A stretch of DNA of 64,000 nucleotides from Takakia lepidozioides (taxonomy: Eukaryota; Plantae; Bryophyta), in assembly GCA_030704615.1 (NCBI GenBank), contig CM060732.1, positions 7,688,001 to 7,752,000 on the forward strand. Reading direction: 5' to 3'. Shown here piece by piece: positions 51,010 through 62,200 of this stretch. The notes below the pieces were generated by a model, which ran no database searches, was not told where the DNA came from, and saw only the letters and a list, made by a program, of their open reading frames with translations. The position numbers and the translations under genes are program-made. Within the stretch, counting starts at the first letter, position 1, and the number at the start of each line of letters is the position of its first letter.

Positions 51010-51757
51010 TTAGCCGTTATCATTTATCCTCCCCCTCCTTTGAGTTTGTGTCCGCACAATTTCGTTAGTGCCTGTATTTGCCCTGTCTCTTCTAGGGAAT
51101 GTAGGGTGATGGCATGCCCTACTGTTGGCTTGTCTGCTGGTTGAGGATTGCTTCCCATGTTGGTGATTGATTTGGTGGCAACTTCTTGTTCCTGTTGTCG
51201 TCGTTGTCTGGTGCCTCCTTTGGTTCATGTATGGGCCAGCTTTCGTCCTCTGGATGTTCTGACTTCCTGTCCTTGCGTATAGTGTCGATCTTGGTGGTCA
51301 GGATCTCGCGGTATGTGAGGAGTTCCTCAGGTTTGTCCAAGGTACAATGTTTTTTGGTTGCCCTGCTGCCCATTAACCAGTTCACGGCTTGGTTCCCTGT
51401 CTCCTTGAAGGGGTGGTCTCTATCCAGACCAATGGTGAAAAGTGTTCCTTTGCCTGACGACATGCCTCAGCATAAAGTGGTCGGTCAACATATGAAGAGG
51501 TGCCAGATACTATCTCTCGTGGCTGGAATTTAGGCAATTCCCAGTGTGTATCTTTGTCAATGCTCTCGTATTCCTGCCAACTTGCCCGCATTGTGGTGAA
51601 CATCTTGTACAGGTAACTGCCTATGTAAAAGCTTGGGCAGCTCCACGTCGACTGCCGGGGTGGGGTTGATCTTCAATTGCCGTCGAATTCTGGCCGTCAC
51701 TCCTATTTTCGCATAACAAAAATTGGTGCGGCCGTCAGAACTGGCCGTCGTAGGTAC
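51010..51757 (-). pseudogene. Degenerate unknown ORF fragment (TE accessory?)
   Basis: Overlapping minus ORFs 51382-51603 and 51119-51463 with no recognised domain. Confidence 0.3.
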
Positions 51758-52112
51758 AATGGAGGTTCCGGACATGGAGCTGTCATGCAGGGGAACACGA
51801 GGCTTCGAGAAGTTATCACGGTCTGCCCTGTGGGAATCTGAATCCGAACCAGGTGGAGTGTTCAATTTCCTCTTACAGGAGCCGAATCTCTCCTCCCCTT
51901 CAAGATGTGGAACTCTAGAAACAAGTGGCGTTCCCTGGGCATACATGCTCACCGCCCGTGCTATCTTGATTGGATCCCCAGATCTGTTTGCAGCACGCAA
52001 CATCAACTCCCATTTGTCCGGACCCTTGCCACCAACCCCACCTCGTAAGAAATCACGGTATCGGGTTTGTTGTTGCAAGGCACGTATCAAATCATCTGTT
52101 GTTGCCACATAC
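51758..52112 (-). mobile_element. MULE transposase copy 2, post-catalytic fragment
   Basis: Near-identical to ~38258-38611. Confidence 0.9.
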
Positions 52113-52139
52113 AAAACGAATTATAAACATGTATTGAAA

Positions 52140-53012
52140 AAGGCAAGTGAGTACAGGCTCGGCCTTACCGCATACATGTACTCCAGAAACGCCTCTTGAG
52201 TCAAAGAATACCAAGTGCCTGCAGCTCTTCCTGTTTCGCACTTCTTGATTATATCCAGGTGGAGTACTGTGCGAAAATCATCCAGCTTCATCAAACCAAT
52301 CCTCTAAATTCGGAACAGTGTGTGGACAAGGCTTGTTGTCACATGCGATTTCTCTGTCGATCTGCAAAAAGATTGGAAAGAATGCATTGGTAAACATCGT
52401 TTTCTGGTAAGATCAACAAGACATTGGAGAGGCAGTGGAGTCTCTAGGATGACTTACTTGTTGACGTCGTGCATAGCTGTAAGTAGCCTAGCGATGTCGT
52501 TTCCAGGATCCAGAACCATTGCCTCTACAGCAACATCTTTGTCTTTGTCTTTTGAATGATGTTTCTGAATGTATCCCATCCATGCCAGCAATCGGTGGTT
52601 GTCGTCCCAGACGTAGAACATGTGGTTGCAGAATTGCTAGGTGTTTCTTCCCATCATGAGGCCCAGCTCGAACTCCTCATTAACATCCTTCCAGCACTCA
52701 TCCCAGGTATCTGTGATCTCAGGAGACACTAATGTGCTTTTCCTATTAGTATCAATCAGTGACATATAAAAAACTTGTGCACCAAGTCTGTATCCATGCA
52801 CGAAATCAGTTTCCAATTTTGTAATGTCATGGGAAAGAGGAGGATGCACTACCGGCATAGATATCATCCGACATAGTGAGATATCCAGACGCCCTCCAGA
52901 GACGAGCATGTCCCTAATAACCTCCTGAGAGTTTACCTTCTGGTATGACATGAGTTCTTTCACCTTCCAAGGAGGCTCTTGACAATGGATTCGCAATTGT
53001 TCTGGAACATGT
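52140..53012 (-). pseudogene. ParB-like gene, divergent paralogue (copy 3), 5' exons
   Basis: ISLCRM..VVHPPL..FVHGY..VFY..FYVWDDNHRLLAW. The next exon STEKSHVTTSLVHTLFR..TWYSL is homologous to 48520-48710. Confidence 0.8.
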
Positions 53013-53013
53013 C

Positions 53014-53958
53014 TTGGCTACCCGGTTTGAGCTTCAGAATGGCTCCATCTTCTTGGAGAAAGAGGTGTACGATTTGGACGGGAAGTTGTTGAAATACTCT
53101 TTCCAAAACCCTGATGAGACGGCTCATGTCAGCCAGTGGAGAGTGCGCCTTGGTAGATACAGAGTACTTGGAGAGCCTCGGCGAAAGTCCCTTGGATCAT
53201 ATGTGACGCCCGGGACTGTTGCTTCAGTCGTTGAAGACAAGAGGGAGGTGGTGGTGAAAAAAGAACAGACGTCCTCCACTCCAATCGTTGAGTTTTCGGA
53301 TTTGTCCGATGATGACATAAGTGAAATTCCATATCCAGTCCTTCCTACTGTAGTTGTGGAAGCGGATGAAGAAGAGATTTGTAGTGTCATTCCAAAACTA
53401 CGGGCGATGGGAGGAATGGCAGGTTTCAAAAGTTAGTTGCGAGGAATTGATTGGGAATCTTTGAAGCAGGTGCCTGTGAAGTTCCTGCCAGAGACTTTTG
53501 ATGGGGATATCCTATTCGAACTGCCTCCTCCTCCGCGAGTTGGAGGTATAACAATCATGATGCACGGAATGGACAAGAAACACGACGGGCACCCATGGTG
53601 CAGAACAAAAACATCCAATATTCAAAATGATGACAAGTTTGTTTTCAGGAGAACAGTTTGCAATGCACACCTTAGGTGTGATAATTTGAATTGCAGACAC
53701 TTTCTTCAGTTTGGGGTTCATAATCAAAGCGAGTGGGAGGGTCTCGCGGAATTTAAGCCTGGGACTGCTCCTCCACCGGCAAACACTTTCGTTTGTAAAT
53801 TCTGCAAACTTGTACCATCTTGCCTGGCGCTGTGCGGAGCAAGAATGTACTATGTTGTCCACCATTTGAAAACAATGACAAGAGCTTGTGTGCATTTCGG
53901 TTTCCATAACCATCTTGTCTCGAAGGGGGATTACAAGGAGAATGTTGAGACAGTTTCA
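53014..53958 (+). mobile_element. MULE transposase copy 2, N-terminal/GCM part
   Basis: Reverse complement of 41857-41728 joined to 40483-39795, with no Gypsy insert. Confidence 0.9.
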
Positions 53959-53964
53959 TCCCTA

Positions 53965-56900
53965 CTTTGATGAATGCAGCAAGAACTAGCAGAGGCAGCT
54001 GAGAAGGGGAAATCCGAATACTACCGCACTACAACAGAGGAACTGAGGACATCAAAGGGTGTGGAAGCAGCAATAAAGAAGGGGTATGAAATTCGGAGAA
54101 CCAAACTGATGTCCGCCTTCGGAAAGCAGCTTAGAATAGTAGATCCTGGCCTTGGAGAGGAGTTCCTTATGCAGATCAAATCTCACTATGACAAGCACGT
54201 GCACCCGGAGATGCAGTAGGGGAAATTGCACAGACTGGCCATCTCCATGGTTGACGCCCAAACCAAAATTAGATGGCTGGAGATTTGGAACTCAGATCAG
54301 ACAGTGAAGGACTTGAATCAATTCCCTAAGAGCACTATACAGCCTGGCACAAAGGTGGAGGGAATAAGTGACATTGTCTTTGACAACTGACTTCACAAGC
54401 AGCTGGAGAAGCGCGCCATCCTTGTCCTCGAGCAGAATTTGAAGGACTTGAATATTTCCATTGTTTCACCGCCTTCAATGACATTGGAGGCATACATCAG
54501 GAAGTGGAGAGGTCTCACTTGGCATTACTGTTTTTTCTGGGAGTTTTCTAAGGATGGTAACATTTTGCGGTCCAACGACTTTGACAGTCAGGTGGGGGGA
54601 GAGTCCGCCATGATGCGAGTTGTCTACAGGTGAATTTCTAACTAGAAACTATGTTGCTTCTTTTGAGTAATCCTTAGCATTGTTAGAAGGGCTCTTCACT
54701 GACAGGAAGTGAATGTCGGTGCCGACATTCACAGATAAGAAGTGAATGTCTGTGCCGACATTCACTGATAAGAGGTGAATGTCGATGCCGAAAATTCACT
54801 GATAAGAAGTGAATGTTGGCACCGACATTCACTTCCATGACTATGAGGTCTTATGGACAGAGATTTCATTCACTTGGATTGGGAACTTAGGGTGAGTTGG
54901 CAGTGTTCTCGAATGGAATTTTGTGACTGTCGTTGACGACCATCGCATCCATAGCTATTGTCAACTTCTATACCGAGAGATTTCTTGAACGTTTTATAGG
55001 CTGCCCAATAATTCTATGCAGTGTTCCTCTCATGAATTTCTGAATGTCGGTGCCGACATTCACTTTGAGAGCAATGGGCTTCTGTATAGAGAGGTTGATT
55101 TCCAGTTTGTCTGCTGGTTCGCAGGTACACAAAATATGTGCTAATGGATGGAAATCACTTCAGTGGTGTCCCGGATTATCTTGATATGTGGTCGGACCCG
55201 GTAAACGATCCAACCATGTATACTGCAGGGATATTGAAGAACTGGAGTCTTGCACACTTCAGGGATTGTGGTTGGTACCAGGACTGCCCTCCGAAGCACA
55301 CGACTTTCCAGGAGCAGCAAATGAAATATTTGAACAATCATGCTGAGATGCTGGCACCTCTGAACGATGAGGAGTACCAAAGAAACATAGCAGCACTGGC
55401 TGCCAAAGAGCCTGACACTCAGGAAATAGCCCAGAAGGGCAAGAAGGGCGGGCGCAAACCCAAAGACAAGGCTGCAGATGGCACAGCCAAGTCACCAGCA
55501 AAGACAAAGGACAAAGACAAGTCGAAGGAGAAGGAGAAGGAAAAGGGGAAGGAGAAAGAAAAGGATAAGGAGAAAGAGCAGGAGAGTGAGAAGGATTTCA
55601 TCGCCGGAAGGTATACCACCACAACTCAGTGCGTGTTCGATGCCAAGCCACACCCTTCCCGTGCTGATTTTGCAGGGGAGATTAATATTGTCAATGAGGG
55701 ATGGTTGGCGATGATGGAGAGTCGGAAGAGAGGATACACCGGGGTGCCATTGCCTACTTGGGACAACATGATCTCATTCCTCAATCTGGTGGGAATTTAA
55801 CTATATTTCCTTTACATTCGTAGGTGAGTTTGGCAGTATTGGTATTTGTTTCTTTGCAGTCATTCTTCACTTTGTTCTCAAATTGAACATGTCCGTCGCA
55901 GGTGAGCACTAGTCCCTCCTTTGTGTGCGGTGTGTGGAAAACGTTTGCTACAGACATGGTCATTCTTGACATCCCGGACGGCCAATGACAACTACTGGAG
56001 TTGGGTGTTTGGATTCTGCAACTATTTCCTTTCTGATGCAGGGACACTTCTACTCTTTCAGTCTTGTGACAAGGATAGTCGTCGGGCACTGGCATCGTAC
56101 CTGAAGTCCTCTGGCTTTGAAATTCTGCGCACATGGAATTGTGTGAACATCCTCTACCTTGTGAAAGGGGGTTGTCCTGGTCAGCTGGTATTACACCTTC
56201 CTCTTAGGTGTGTTTTTTTTGCTTTATTTCAATGTATTCTACAGTGTAACTCTACAAGACTTGACTGATGTTGCATGCCTATGTTTTGAAGTGTCAATCA
56301 ACAAAATTCCACTGTTGTTTATGTTTCGCACCCTAACCTCCTATCTTTCGCAGACGAGGATGTTCGAGGCGATTTGCCTGCGAGGATTCGCACCTCAAAG
56401 ACACCATCCTCCGTTCACAGCTTCGAGATTTCTGACCAAGGGAGTTTCATCAATCCCCCGTATGAGCCGCATGTCGATGACATTCTATACAACGTCATGC
56501 AGCCCACACAGACTCTCAAGATGGCACTCCCTGGAGAGGTGCAAAGGAGAAAACCCCAACGTTTATGCAGACATTGCTAGAGTCATGCAGCCACCACTTA
56601 GCACGGGTTGTCGACCTCTCGGTATCCACAGGTTCGTTTTCTCCCTTCAGATTTTGTTTTCTTTCTGCATTTTCATCTTCGTTAATCCCCCCCCCTACAA
56701 GCTGTTAATGTCCTCCTGTCTGGTGCAGGAGGAACTTACCATGCGTGCAAGGCAAGTGGCAGATCTTTTTTGGCATGGAGGGTGACTCTGACCTATACAA
56801 GACTGTGCTCCTCCCCCTTTTGTCTGGCTCTACATCAGGCACACAAACTGAAACGATTCAAATCCGAAATGATGAGGATGACGAGGATAAGCAGGTCCAC

Positions 56901-57235
56901 AACGACTTTTCATGTGAGTAAGTCTGCAATGGAATTGTCAGTCCACTTTGGGTGCCCTTTTCAATCGTAGACATCAAATTTGCAATAATAACGTATTTCT
57001 TGCTGTGACTTGCAGGAAAGGCAGCGGTGGATCTCCAGGAGACACCCCCATTTATGGCGAGACTGTTTTCGACAGCCCCCTTTCCACTTTTTTGCTTCCT
57101 GTGTATGCCGAAGCAATGACACTTCAAATGGCCGAGGCTCTCTTTCCTGACTTTTTATTGCCCGTCCGCAGGTTTAGCCATCGTAGAGCCGGAGTTCTAA
57201 AATACTTGGACTTGGATGCAGAGGCGCGGGGATAG
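53965..57235 (+). pseudogene. 3' exons of the ParB-family gene, ending in a beta-class N4C/N6A DNA methyltransferase-like domain
   Basis: IVDPGLGEEFL..GKLHRLA and AMMRVVYR|gt match copy 2. Then a K/E-rich linker, DMVILDIPDG, FLSDAGTLLLF, PWRGAKEKTPTFMQTLLE, VVDLSVST|GGTYHACKASGR..GMEGD. Confidence 0.75.
54697..54835. repeat. 33-bp palindromic minisatellite x4 inside an intron
   Basis: agtgaatgtcggtgccgacattcact units, with a solo copy at ~55042-55065. Confidence 0.9.
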
Positions 57236-57379
57236 ATTGTATTGACTCTGAGTCAGACTGAACTACACATTTTTAATGTTCATTTCTCATCCTCTTTGTA
57301 AAAGATTCAATTCCCCTACTTTATTGCAGATGTTCCGCCAGAAAAGAAAAAGGAACAAAGAATCCACTTAGAATGATAT

Positions 57380-57740
57380 GGCAATCTTCATGAATCCATC
57401 CCACAACCACCACAACCTCATGTCAAAGACATTGTGCATTCATCTACACTGTATTCATGCATACTCCATTCATAAATGTTTTCAATTATTCAACATCCAT
57501 TGTACATTCATCCACTGCAATCTCGAATCCAACTTACAAACCCCTCACACTCATGTCATATACATTGTGCACTCATGTATTGTGTATGAATGCATACTCC
57601 ATTCATGAATGTTTTCCACTATTCAACATCCATTGTACATTCATCAATCATACATTCATCCATTGAAATATCATCCATCTTTATTTCATCCATCTGCTTG
57701 CATTGTTCGCACCCATCCATCAATGTTTCATCCACATTCG
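57380..57740. repeat. CATCCAT-rich low-complexity repeat with an internal ~135-bp duplication
   Basis: atgcatactccattcat recurs at ~57457 and ~57590. Confidence 0.65.
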
Positions 57741-58189
57741 CCTATTATGGTCGTCAATTATTTTTGTACTTGGCCTTCTATGCTCATCAACGTCCATTTG
57801 CGCTTAACAGGCTATGAGAAAAGTGGAAGTACATGGAGCCTACCAATTCGAGGAAAATTACCTAGAATGGGTCACTTGCATTACCCTAAACCCAATAATA
57901 TAGCCACTCGTACCCCTTTTCCCAAAAACTACATTCATCCATACCGCATTTATCTCTTGCTTTCATGTGGGAATGACCACATCCTTTTATTATGTCGTCC
58001 AACTTGTTGCCGCGGTTAAGGGTGCTCTTCCGCGGAAATACACTCAGCTTCTTATTTGGCGCGCGGTGACGTGGCGTTTAAGCGTGATGACATGGAGTGA
58101 GATTGGTGATGTGGCGTGGGCGCAAGGTGACATGGCGTGAGCGCAGCTGGGCTCACGCCGAGGCATCCCTGTGTGGTTCGGTGGTCTAC

Positions 58190-59253
58190 CTTGAAACATA
58201 CCTGCATTGATGAGGTTAAACCATCTGGATTTAGGATGTGACAGCAGAAGTTTGTGAAGATGTCAAACTCCTTGGTTATGTCTGGTTATATGTAATCCAT
58301 GGAGTATGGGGTGCTTACAATGGAGAAGCAGGTGTGGCCATGTGTCCATTGTGGGGGGCTGTGCGTGGCATAATGTGCAATGCTTGTTAGGGTATAATAA
58401 AGGCTAGAATAGATTTCTTCTTTGATTACCCATGTATTGGCCGTATCGGAATCGTAGTGTTTGTTTGATTTGGGCATCAGTAATTACAGGAGAGGTCCAA
58501 AAGTGGTTGGACATGGCATGCGCTAGGTGTGGGGAAGATACCCATTTTGATATGTATGGTTTTGTATAGGTGCGGGATGCTTGGAATTGTTGTTTGGTTT
58601 CCTTTGTGATATATGTGTGTAGATCTCGTATAGGTGCGATAGTAGGGAATCTCGCCGTAGTTGAGACGAGCCAAAATGGAGATGCGTGTGCTAAGTGAAT
58701 AGGGTCATCTGAGGCTGCATGGAGCCAAGCTGAGCCATATGGTCTGCAATGTCATTTCCTAGTATGTGTGTATGGGAGCAAACTTTGGATTTGTAGCGGG
58801 AGGGATGAAGTAATTACATCAATGATTGTTTTAATAAGGTTAAGGTCTGGGTGGTGTATTTGTGTAGAAGGTTTGAGGATTTGATTTGTGAGGAGGTAGA
58901 GAGAGACCAAACTGGCCGTAAATAGGTAATATGTTGAGCCTATGGGTTGGTCATGTCTTAGATTTTTTATGGCATCATGGATAGCCATGAGTTCTGCGCG
59001 TAGGATATTTTGACGTCCTGGTAGTCTTTTGTATGACCTCAAGTTATCTTTAACATAATATGTTCCATACCCTGCTTGCGTCTCTTTGAGGGAGCCATCT
59101 GCATATATGCATTGTTGAGGTGGAAATTTGTAGAGGAGAGGGCGTTGCAGAGTCTGGAATCAGTAGTATGTGTGTTGGTGGCAATAGTGCCCAGAGTGGT
59201 CTTGGGGTCGCCAATTTCTATGAAGTGGCAGGGGTCGAGAAAATGTGTGGTGC
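58190..59253 (-). mobile_element. RNase H fragment of a second Dualen-like LINE
   Basis: IYADGS (after a frameshift), LPGRQNILRAELMAI, YLFTASLVSLYLL..HHPD, homologous to 31795-32140. Confidence 0.8.
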
Positions 59254-62200
59254 TGGGGGTGCCCACGCCCGTTGACCGGGCACGTAGCCCGCCCTCTACA
59301 CACCGGAGAAGGTCACCGGGCCCGGCGGCAGAATGCCTGCTTTGCCGATTGCCGGAAAATCCACAATTTGGGCCATCCACTCATGAATTTTTCTCCAAAT
59401 CCTAAATTTTTTGGGCAGTGCCCTTTGTGCTGCATACCTGGACTGTTGGAATTTGCAGTCCAATTTGTTTTTGTGGCCATTTGGGGGGCTTGGGCTCACT
59501 TGAGCAATTTTGCATGGATTTTACCCCCCCCCCCCCTAATTCACATACAAAGCATCCCCCTTTACTTTTGGTGAATCAGCCTCAAATTTGCAGGGAGCAC
59601 CTGGTGAGTGGTCTAGAACATGAATGTGGAGGCCAATCACTCTACAAAAATCTGGAAATTGCCAAAAAAGGCATGGTCAAAGCAAATTTTGCCACAAAGT
59701 TTTTGCATTTTCTAAATTTCTGTGTTTTTCTTTTGCTATAATCTCCCAATTGCAACGGTAAAAAAGCCTGAAATTTTCACAGACTGTCAGTCATGTCAGT
59801 AGTGATGACCTGTAAGGTTCATCCACGTGGATATTAGTGGGTAGGAAGTTACGGCTGGTTGATCACGGGTATGTACCTGTTTTGTCCAAAAAGCCCCAAA
59901 AATAGCTCGTCCATTAGGGGTTAAAAACAAAATTAAAAAAACAAAATCCCCCTGTTCTGTTCAAAAAAAACCAAAAAAATAAATAAATAAAATAAAATAA
60001 AATGGGGACAAGGCCCAGAACTTACTGGCCTCCATAAAGTTTTTTCTTTATTTGGAGTTATTGAGTATTCGTTTTCGAAAAAAACCCTGAAGAGCCATGA
60101 TAAGCGTAGCAGGTGTGATGCAGCATTACCCACAACGCCATTAAGAGCTTCCCACTGAAATGCATGGATAAGGACACTTGGCCATCTATTAATTCACCTT
60201 CACACCTACACAAACCATCACAAATAATTGGACAATAATTGAACACCACACCATTACTATTATTTATCCCATACTATCACGCATCACACTACTCTATTCA
60301 TACGAAAAATAGAAACAATTAATCAAGTAAAGCACCCACCCCATCTGCCAAGCCCCATTGGCCCTCACACGTGCGAACGCAGGATTCTGGTGTGCAGTGT
60401 GAACAGGGTACGAGAGACAGAGCGACGCAAGTGGATGGATGACAGGGCCGCCAGGGCCCACGCAGTTAAGAGTGCGGGCCGCAAGGAGTCCGTGGGCCGC
60501 GCCGCGGCTACCGCGCAGTCGCCCAGGTGCGCCAGGGTTCAAACCCAATAGGCGCCTGCCAGCGCGACGCTCTCTCTATATTGCGCTTGACTTTGTCGGC
60601 TTGCGCGGTGTCACGTCGACGACTGGCGCATAGGCAGCGCTGTCGCAGTAAAAGAGGACACAAGTGGGTGCGGGCGTTATGACTGCGGCGAGGCTAGTCG
60701 TTACTGTCGCTGCTGACCCTCGGTGCACCGACCTTCTAGAAGCGAATATTATATTCTCTGTGGATGAATGCAGTGTGCGCAGCCCGTTCAGAGCTTCGAT
60801 GGCTCATCACTCTCTAGGTTTTGCAGGTGGATAATATCAGGGTGTCAAGTACCACAGCGGATTCCGTATGAAGAATCGGCAGCCCGGGCCGATTCTGCTC
60901 ACCGAATCGGCAGTGGCCGGTAAAGGGAGCTCAAAGGACCGCGGGTAACTCCTACTTGCCTGGCAGAATTGAGCCCTAGGCGCCCGTTATCTTGTGCGTT
61001 CATTTGTTGGGTGCTGCGTCAGGGTCGACAAAACTTACCTTTATCGTCAGCTTTGCTTTTTCTCCCGCCGCTACCCTTTGACTGCCGCCGCCCGTTCGTA
61101 CTTGTTGGCCGGCGTTTGGGAGGCAACCGGATGCACAGATCGTCTCATCCTTATTATCACCTTCCACACAACATCCCACGTTATAGAGGGTGGCATTTTC
61201 TGCCGCTCAGGAGCACTATTGCATCTCTTTCGACCCATTCCGCATCCCGAATCGACTCTGGGGACTGCGAGGGAACGACAGATATCGTCGGCGGTACTGA
61301 CAGAGCCTTTTGGCTCTCCAAAAAAGCACCTTACCCACAGTATGTACTATGTGCGCACAAGGTCGGGCCCGTTCCCTTCTACAGACCTAACTTGAAGGGT
61401 ACAAATTGCTCGCCCTGAGTGGAATTTATTTATATATTTGTGATTTGGTTCCATTCCTTTCCCCAGGAGTCCAGGTCGAATCTCGAGCAGGTTTTTCTTT
61501 CTATGTGAAAACCATAGGCTAATTGGTACAAATGAGGTGTATAGTCTACGCCTAGGCAAGACAGGCGACGAGCATGTCCATGGGAAAGGGAGGAAGCCCC
61601 ACAGCCCTAAGCTCACTCCTCATTTGGCCCGTTAGATCATCCTGCATGGGGCCACCATGGCGACATCTGTGCTGCAGGGGCAAGGACCTTTTTGAGACCC
61701 CCCAATTTTTGGCGAAAATTGTCTTTTTTGGACGGCCTTTTCCCTTTGTTTCATTCGCCAAGGGGATTATAGGCGCGAAAAATCGCCAATAAAAAAAACG
61801 CGCTCTCGAGACCATTTTCTATTATTAAATGTCGTCCGTCGTCTCCAAAGCACAATCTGACGTCAACGAGAGTGATTCCTTGGACGGATGGAAGCCTGGT
61901 GGGCAGCAGGGGAACCCACTGTAATGGAAGGTGCTTTCTGATTGGGCGATGGATTTCTCTTGACCGCTTGGCGGTTTCTGATTGCCTGCACCCCGCAGCA
62001 GCCATCTGCGTCGCCCACTTCGTCGTGGCATAATCCGATGCTGGAATGAGCGGCGGCAAGGTCATAATTCTCTGCATGCTCGACAGATCAACACGCCAAA
62101 CCCATCATATTAAATTATGGAGTCTCTTCACCCCGAAGGCTTAAGTACTGCCTTCCGTTAGGAAGGTGGACACCTTTGTGACACCAATCGGTGGATTGAA

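Noticed and set aside
56452-56463. NPPY as the catalytic motif IV of the MTase
   Set aside because: It lies in the variable region just before motifs X/I and lacks a preceding hydrophobic strand. DMVILDIPDG at ~55953-55982 occupies the expected position. Probably coincidental, but worth checking in a consensus.
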